Source: Macrostomum lignano
Taxonomy: Eukaryota
DNA: 64,000 nt
Reading direction: 5' to 3'
Assembly: GCA_002269645.1 (NCBI GenBank)
Contig: NIVC01000391.1
Coordinates: 186,001-250,000, forward strand
A model generated the notes under the pieces. That model saw only the letters and a program-made list of their open reading frames with translations, was not told the origin of the DNA and did no database searches. Shown in pieces: positions 57,941-64,000 of the stretch; position 1 is the stretch's first letter, and each line of letters opens with the position of its first letter. Both the position numbers and the translations under genes were made by a program.

Positions 57941-59825
57941 AATTAGATTGGAAATCAAGGAATTAGAATTGAGATCAGGGAGATTTGATTGGAGATCAGG
58001 GAGATTTGATTGGAAATCAGGGAGATTTGATTGGAAATTAAGGAGATTTGATTGGAAATCAGGGAGATTAGAATGGAAATCAGAGAGATTAGATTGGAAA
58101 TCAGGGAGAATTAGATTAGAGACCAGGGAGAATTAGATTAGAGACCAGGGAGAATTAGATTAGAGACCAGGGAGATTTGATTGAAAATCATGGAGAATTA
58201 GATTGGAAATCATGGAGAATTAGATTGGAAATCAGGGAGAATTAGATTGGAAATCAGGGAGAATTAGATTGGAAATCAGGGAGAATTAGATTGGAGATCA
58301 GGGAGATTAGATTGGAAATCAGGGAGAATTAGATTGGAAATCAGGGAGAATTAGATTGGAAATCAGGGAGAATTAGATTGGAAATCAGGGAGAATTATAT
58401 TGGAAATCAGGGAGAATTAGATTAGAGACCAGGGAGAATTAGATTAGAGACCAGGGAGAATTAGATTAGAGACCAGGGAGATTTGATTGAAAATCATGGA
58501 GAATTAGATTGGAAATCAGGGAGAATTAGATTGGAAATCAGGGAGAATTAGATTGGAGATCAGGGAGATTAGATTGGAAATCAGGGAGAATTAGATTGGA
58601 AATCAGGGAGAATTAGATTGGAAATCAGGGAGATTAGATTGGAAATCAGGGAGAATTAGATTGGAAATCAGGGAGAATTAGATTGGAGATCAGGGAGAAT
58701 TAGATTGGAAATCAGGGAGAATTAGATTGGAAATCAGGGAGAATTAGATTGGAAATCAAGGAATTAGAATGGAGATCAGGGAGATTTGATTGGAAATCAA
58801 TGAGATTTGATTATAAATCAGGGAGATTTGATTGGAAATCAGAGAGATTAGATTGGAAAAAAGGGAGAATTAGATTGGAAATCAGGGAGAATTAGATTGG
58901 AAATCAGGGAGAATTAGATTGGAAATCAGGGAGATTAGATTGGAAATCAGGGAGAATTAGATTGGAAATCAGGGAGAATTAGATTGGAAATCAGGGAGAA
59001 TTAGATTGGAAATCAGGGAGATTTGATTGGAAATCAGGGAGATTTGATTGGAAATCAGGGAGATTTGATTGGAAATCAGGGAGATTTGATTGGAGATCAG
59101 AGAGATTAGATTGGAAATCAGGGAGATTAGATTGGAAATAAGGGAGATTTGATTGGAGATCAGGGAGATTTGATTGGAGATCAGGGAGATTTGATTGGAG
59201 ATCAGTGAGATTTGATTGGAGATCAGGGAGATTTGATTGGAAATAAGGGAGATTTGATTGGAGATCAGGGTGATTTGAATGGAGATCAGGGAGATTTGAT
59301 TGGAGATCAGGGAGATTTGATTGGAGATCAGGGTGATTTGAATGGAGATCAGGGAGATTTGATTGGAGATCAGGGAGATTTGATTGGAGATCAGGGAGAT
59401 TTGATTGGAGATCAGGGAGATTTGATTGGAAATCAAGGAATTAGAATGGAGATCAGGGAGATTTGATTGGAGATCAGGGAGATTTGATTGGAAATTAAGG
59501 AGATTTGATTGGAAATCAGGGAGATTAGAATGGAAATCAGGGAGATTTGGTTGGCAATCAGTGAGATTAGATTGGCAACCAGGGAGATCAAATATGCAAA
59601 TGAGGAGATTAGATTGGCAATCAGAGAGATTAGATAGGAAATCAGTGAGATTTGATTGGCAATCAGTGAGATTAGATTGGCAACCAGAGAGATCAAATAT
59701 GCAAGTGAGGAGATTAGATTGGCAATCAGAGAGATTAGATAGGAAATCAGTGAGATTAGATTGGCAACCAGAGAGATCAAATATGCAAATGAGGAGATTA
59801 GATTGGCAATCGAGGAGATCAGATT
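57941..59825. repeat. 21/22-bp satellite (GATTGGAAATCAGGGAGAATTA / GATTGGAGATCAGGGAGATTT)n, with diverged variants after ~59550
   Basis: Read directly. Confidence 0.93.
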
Positions 59826-60786
59826 GATTTGAGCATCTCAGAGCCAGTGTGTTCAATCTCTCCTTGATTCCGTTGGCTATAAAATCTGTTTTGGACTCTA
59901 AAAGCAGAAATCGAAGTTTTACTGGGGAATCGCGGCCTGCGTGTGCCCTGTCCCCCACGCTGCCCCTCACCTGAGCTGCCCCTATGGTCAGCTCCAGGAG
60001 AAACAGAGAAAAAGCAATCCTACTGCTCGTAGTTCTGCCAATCAATTCTCTCCTGGTTCCTTCCGCCCATTTCGCTATTAGAAATTTATGCCTTTGAATA
60101 AAAACTTCAATAGACGCGCACCCTCTTAGAGACGCAGGTACGAGTAAGCGCAGGCACTAGCCTGAATCTGAGACATACTCTGCTTTTTCTAACGTAGGCT
60201 GAGGCCCTGGTTTGGAGTTGGAAATTTTCACTTTTCTTTGGCATTTCCTAACCACTGAGGTTTTCTCTATAATGCCTCACGGATTGCAAAACCGTCTTGC
60301 GGAGCTGCTGCCCAGGCTGGCTATCGGCGGGCTGGATGGGGGAGGCGTCAGAAGAGGCGGCCATTCTCTTAGAGATCTGAGGCCCGCTGCTCTGTTGTCC
60401 AGCCACTTCGGTATTATCCTGAGTAGCAACAGGCTTGTTTGATTGAGAAGCACTTGAAGTTCCGGTGCTGCAAACTTCCGGTTGAACCGCGGTACCAAGC
60501 TCGGTTGGCCATCCAGTAGCATTAAGGGACGCGTCGGAAGTAACCAGAATACTCCATGAATCGCTGAAAGCGGATGGGGACTAAAGGTGGGAGACTGCTG
60601 GGTCGTAAACCAAAAGTGAACAGCCAGTTAAAAGAAAAGGGACCGCGAGTTCAGCTTGGAGAGAGTTCTCCTTACCATTCCTGCACCAGAATAGAGGGGG
60701 TGCAGGTGTGTAGGATCGCATACCTTAGTCCTTAAGCCTGGTCTGTCTCATAATACACATGCGTGCCGAGCCCACCATTGCATTCA

Positions 60787-61255
60787 GATCTCTGCTGACC
60801 CCCTCTCCTTCAGTAATGGATCTCTGCTGACCCCCTCTCCTTCAGTAATGGATCTCTGCTGACCCCCTCTCCTTCAGTAATGGATCTCTGCTGACCCCCT
60901 CTCCTTCAGTAATGGATCTCTGCTGACCCCCCTCTCCTTCAGTAATGGATCTCTGCTGACCCCCTCTCCTTCAGTAATGGATCTCTGCTGACCCCCTCTC
61001 CTTCAGTAATGGATCTCTGCTGACCCCCCTCTCCTTCAGTAATGGATCTCTGCTGACCCCCTCTCCTTCAGTAATGGATCTCTGCTGACCCCCCTGTCCT
61101 TCAGTAATGGATCTCTGCTGACCCCCCTTTCCTTCAGTAATGGACCTCTGCTGACCCCCCTTTCCTTCAGTAATGGATCTCTGCTAATCCCCCTTTTTTT
61201 AGCGATGGATCTCTGCTGACCCCCCTGTCCTTCAGTAATGGACCTCCGCTGGTCC
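60787..61255. repeat. 32/33-bp minisatellite (GGATCTCTGCTGACCCCCTCTCCTTCAGTAAT)n, ~14 units
   Basis: Read directly. Confidence 0.92.
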
Positions 61256-61891
61256 GTTTCTTCAGCGGCTGTTGCTTCAACCCCCGTTTCTTCAGAGCCT
61301 TCGCCAGAAAAAGACAGCCGATTAAGCCCAGATCAAAGCCGAACTGTCACAGTCCACACCTGCTAACTCGAAATGAAATTTTTGTTGATTAAGCTAACGG
61401 CAAGCGGCTTTTCTGCCGCGTAACTGAGAAACAAAACACGGCGCGCGTGATTCAGATTATAATTGCCGCAAATTCCAACTAGCCATAGGTGTTGTTCAAC
61501 GGCTCTTTTGGGACTATGCAGGTGTTTGAGGGTATTTTGTTACAAACCAAGCGTTTACCCACCGCAATCGCTACAGTCTCCGACCGAGCTAATTTTCGCA
61601 CCTGCGGCATGACTGGGGCTCGGCGGAGCTCGAAATAAATTTTCTCTCATCATGATGGACTCGCGAGTTTTTCTTTAACATCTCCAATTTTTATGGTTAG
61701 GGCGATTTTCAGATTTCAATACGCGCTACTGAAAGTAGAAAGAGAAGTAAATTCAGGCGAGTTTCAGTAACCCAGTTTAGAACTCTTCAAGTTCAAGCGC
61801 TCATTGTTCAACACTTTGTCTTCAAGCATACCAATGCGAGCGCACCCAAACTTGCCCATTCAAACAGCCAGCCAATCAGCCGCTTGCTCAG

Positions 61892-62929
61892 CATAGCAAC
61901 GCCTTGGGAACGGCGGCAGATGCGATCCAGGTGCCAGGCCGACTGAGCCTCGACAGCGGCGCTGCCGAGGGAGGCGTCTCGTCCACCTTCGGCTCCCAGC
62001 GCGAGACGGCTGAAGCTGCCGCCGCTGCCGCCGACTGCGACGTCGAGGAGGTCGGCAACAACAACGAAGAAGACGAGGACGACCAGGGCGACAGCGGCAT
62101 CCGCAGCCCCACTGACGGTCTGGTCGACGCTGCTAGTGAGGACGAGGACGATGAAGACCCGGAGCTGAGCCCGCTGGACCTGTGCCACCAGCCAGGGGTC
62201 GGCATCCTCCAGTCCGCTTATTCCGCCTTCACCGCCGCCGCCGCAGCCGCTGCGGTAGCAGCTGGTGGAGCGACACCGCCGATGTCACAGCAAGCCGCGG
62301 CAGCAGCCTACGCAGCAGCCGGGCTGCCTTTCCTAACGCCGATGGCCGCGCTGCAACATCCCCTGCTCAATGCCGGAGGAGCTCCGCCGCTATTCCAGCT
62401 TCCACCGCCGCCGCCTCATCATCAGCATCAGCATCAGCCTCATCAGTATCAACACCACGGTCTGCATCAGCATCAGCTGACCCCGGCAGTTGACAGCCAG
62501 TCGCCGTCGCTGCTGCACCACACTGAGACGCCGCGGGCAACGGCGACAGGCGGACCGCCAGGCCGGCAGCTGGACTGGTGCTCCATCAGGCGGGGTTCCA
62601 GGCCGAACCTGCCCTACTCAGCCCGGCGCAAGCTGTTCCACTGGCTCGCCACGCATCTCAGCCAGCCCTACCCGTCCGAGGAGCAGAAGGAGTCCTTGGC
62701 CAGGGACACGCAGCTGAGCAAGACTACCGTGAACAATTGGTTCATTAACGCGCGCAGGCGCTACCTGAAGCCTCTGCAGGAGGGCCGCGTGGTGCCCGGC
62801 TTCGACCTGTTCCGGGCGGCTGGTCTGAAGTCTTTGCCGTCACAGCAGCCGCAGTCGCAGCCACTGCATCAGCAGCAGCAGCAAACTGCTCTGGAGATGG
62901 AAGCAGATGTGAAGCCCTTTAAAGAATAA
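61892..62929 (+). CDS. Terminal exon of a TALE-class homeobox transcription factor (Meis/PREP/TGIF-related, divergent); 5' boundary uncertain
   Basis: Homeodomain at ~62588-62775: RPNLPYSARRKLFHWLATHLSQPYPSEEQKESLARDTQLSKTTVNNWFINARRRYLKP (PYP loop, WFINARRR). Frame open from 61781; first in-frame ATG only at 62282; candidate acceptors at 61826, 61879 and 61891. Confidence 0.9.
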   Translation, partial: HSNALGTAADAIQVPGRLSLDSGAAEGGVSSTFGSQRETAEAAAAAADCDVEEVGNNNEEDEDDQGDSGIRSPTDGLVDAASEDEDDEDPELSPLDLCHQPGVGILQSAYSAFTAAAAAAAVAAGGATPPMSQQAAAAAYAAAGLPFLTPMAALQHPLLNAGGAPPLFQLPPPPPHHQHQHQPHQYQHHGLHQHQLTPAVDSQSPSLLHHTETPRATATGGPPGRQLDWCSIRRGSRPNLPYSARRKLFHWLATHLSQPYPSEEQKESLARDTQLSKTTVNNWFINARRRYLKPLQEGRVVPGFDLFRAAGLKSLPSQQPQSQPLHQQQQQTALEMEADVKPFKE

Positions 62930-62930
62930 A
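62925..62930 (+). terminator. AATAAA polyadenylation-type hexamer overlapping the homeobox stop codon
   Basis: GAATAAAAG; TAA at 62927-62929. Confidence 0.35.
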
Positions 62931-64000
62931 AAGAGTTGATCATATTGTTTTATCTGACTCTGATTGGATCTGTCTGCTTTATGTCTCAGTTGCAGATCTT
63001 GGTGCATTCGACGGGAGAGAGCCGGAGCCTGGGTTTTTATAGCGTCAGAATCTCAGCGCCATCTGGCATCCTGGGTCCGAATTCAGGGCGCCAAATTCTA
63101 CCATACCAACATCTCTTTCCTTACACTAACACCACTGATACTGAAATAATTGGATATGTCACTCGCAAGAAATGCGCGGCTTTCTACAGGCAGACCAATT
63201 AACCTCTACGCGACGGGTGGTGTTTAGCATCACCCCTGTTGCCGACGGCTGTCCCGAAATCGGGACATAGACTATTGGACAGTCGCTAAAGTTGCTGCTG
63301 CAGCACCCCCTTTCCCGCCGGTTTCTCTCTGTCGCGACTGTCTTAGTCATTTCTTCAGTTCATCTGCACTTGTCTCTGTTTACTGTTTTTTCCTCTTGGT
63401 CCAGTTCAGTCTTGTTATTTTTATCTGTTTCCCTCGCTGCCTTCTGATTGGCTCTTCAACCTCGCCTCTTTTTAGTCACGAGTTCCACCCCCTCATTTTA
63501 TTATCTTCACTCCCCCCCCTAGTTTAATGTCTTAAATATATTCGTTTAGGGCCCTGTCCAATTACAATTAAATAACTATATATTTACCAGTTAAGGGTGC
63601 CTAGCTAGCTAGGACGAAGCATGCTCTAACTTGACTAGTCCGCTAGGGGCTGGAGCATGCTCCTGTGCTCCGTAGCTAGCTATACCCGAAGCATGCTCCC
63701 AGTGTGAACCAATAAGAATTGCGCATATTGGGGTTGCAGCAAATTTATAACAAAAAATATAGCACAAAGCAAAACTTGTGTTATGTTGTAATGAGTACTG
63801 ATGTGTTGGCACTACTGTTGTATTTTATTGACAACATCTTAATCTTCAGTTGTACTTTGAATTTCAAGAAAAACCGAACGCGTGCATAATTAACTTTTTA
63901 CTTCTTTTCAAACTTTACGTTGACTAACGCGTCAGCCCGACAACTCCCATCAAATGGGAGTGTATCAATCAATTGAAAGCTTTCATAGGTGTTATTTTTT

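Noticed and set aside
58969-60045. 358-aa minus-strand ORF with an LRR-like look (LSNLSDCQSNL)
   Set aside because: It is the antisense translation of the 21-bp satellite and lacks the LxxLxLxxN register.
59870-60530. GC-rich patches between the zinc-finger and homeobox exons as extra exons
   Set aside because: No convincing acceptor/donor pair or motif found by eye; left open for RNA-seq.

Overview
This is animal genomic DNA with GC-rich exons set in introns and intergenic DNA filled by many unrelated minisatellites. The style suggests a repeat-rich invertebrate such as a macrostomid flatworm, but that is inference only. No prokaryotic features or CRISPR arrays were found. Spliced genes reconstructed by hand: (1) a three-exon class IIa histone deacetylase (HDAC4-like, +, 3495-8310, ~720 aa) that keeps the catalytic Tyr; (2) a two-exon divergent DEG/ENaC channel (+, 18612-22405, ~579 aa) with HS instead of the canonical HG motif and only 8 ectodomain Cys, followed by two 5'-truncated tandem copies and a 3' fragment; (3) a four-exon minus-strand gene, not visible as a single ORF, encoding a signal peptide, two three-finger (Ly6/uPAR, snake-toxin-like) domains and a hydrophobic tail (~280 aa), present in two complete copies tail-to-tail with the channel; (4) a C2H2 zinc-finger exon and a TALE homeobox exon that can be spliced in frame. 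Mobile DNA: a 5'-truncated RNase H/CCHC non-LTR retrotransposon inside a (GGGGTGA)n array (two copies), a foldback-like inverted minisatellite structure and a decayed Penelope-like GIY-YIG remnant. Two nested tandem duplications (~5.2 kb x3, ~7.1-7.6 kb x2) each join a minisatellite to the middle of a channel exon; assembly artefact cannot be excluded. The best candidate for an undescribed system is the channel plus three-finger 'prototoxin' pair, followed by a zinc-finger/TALE homeodomain fusion.
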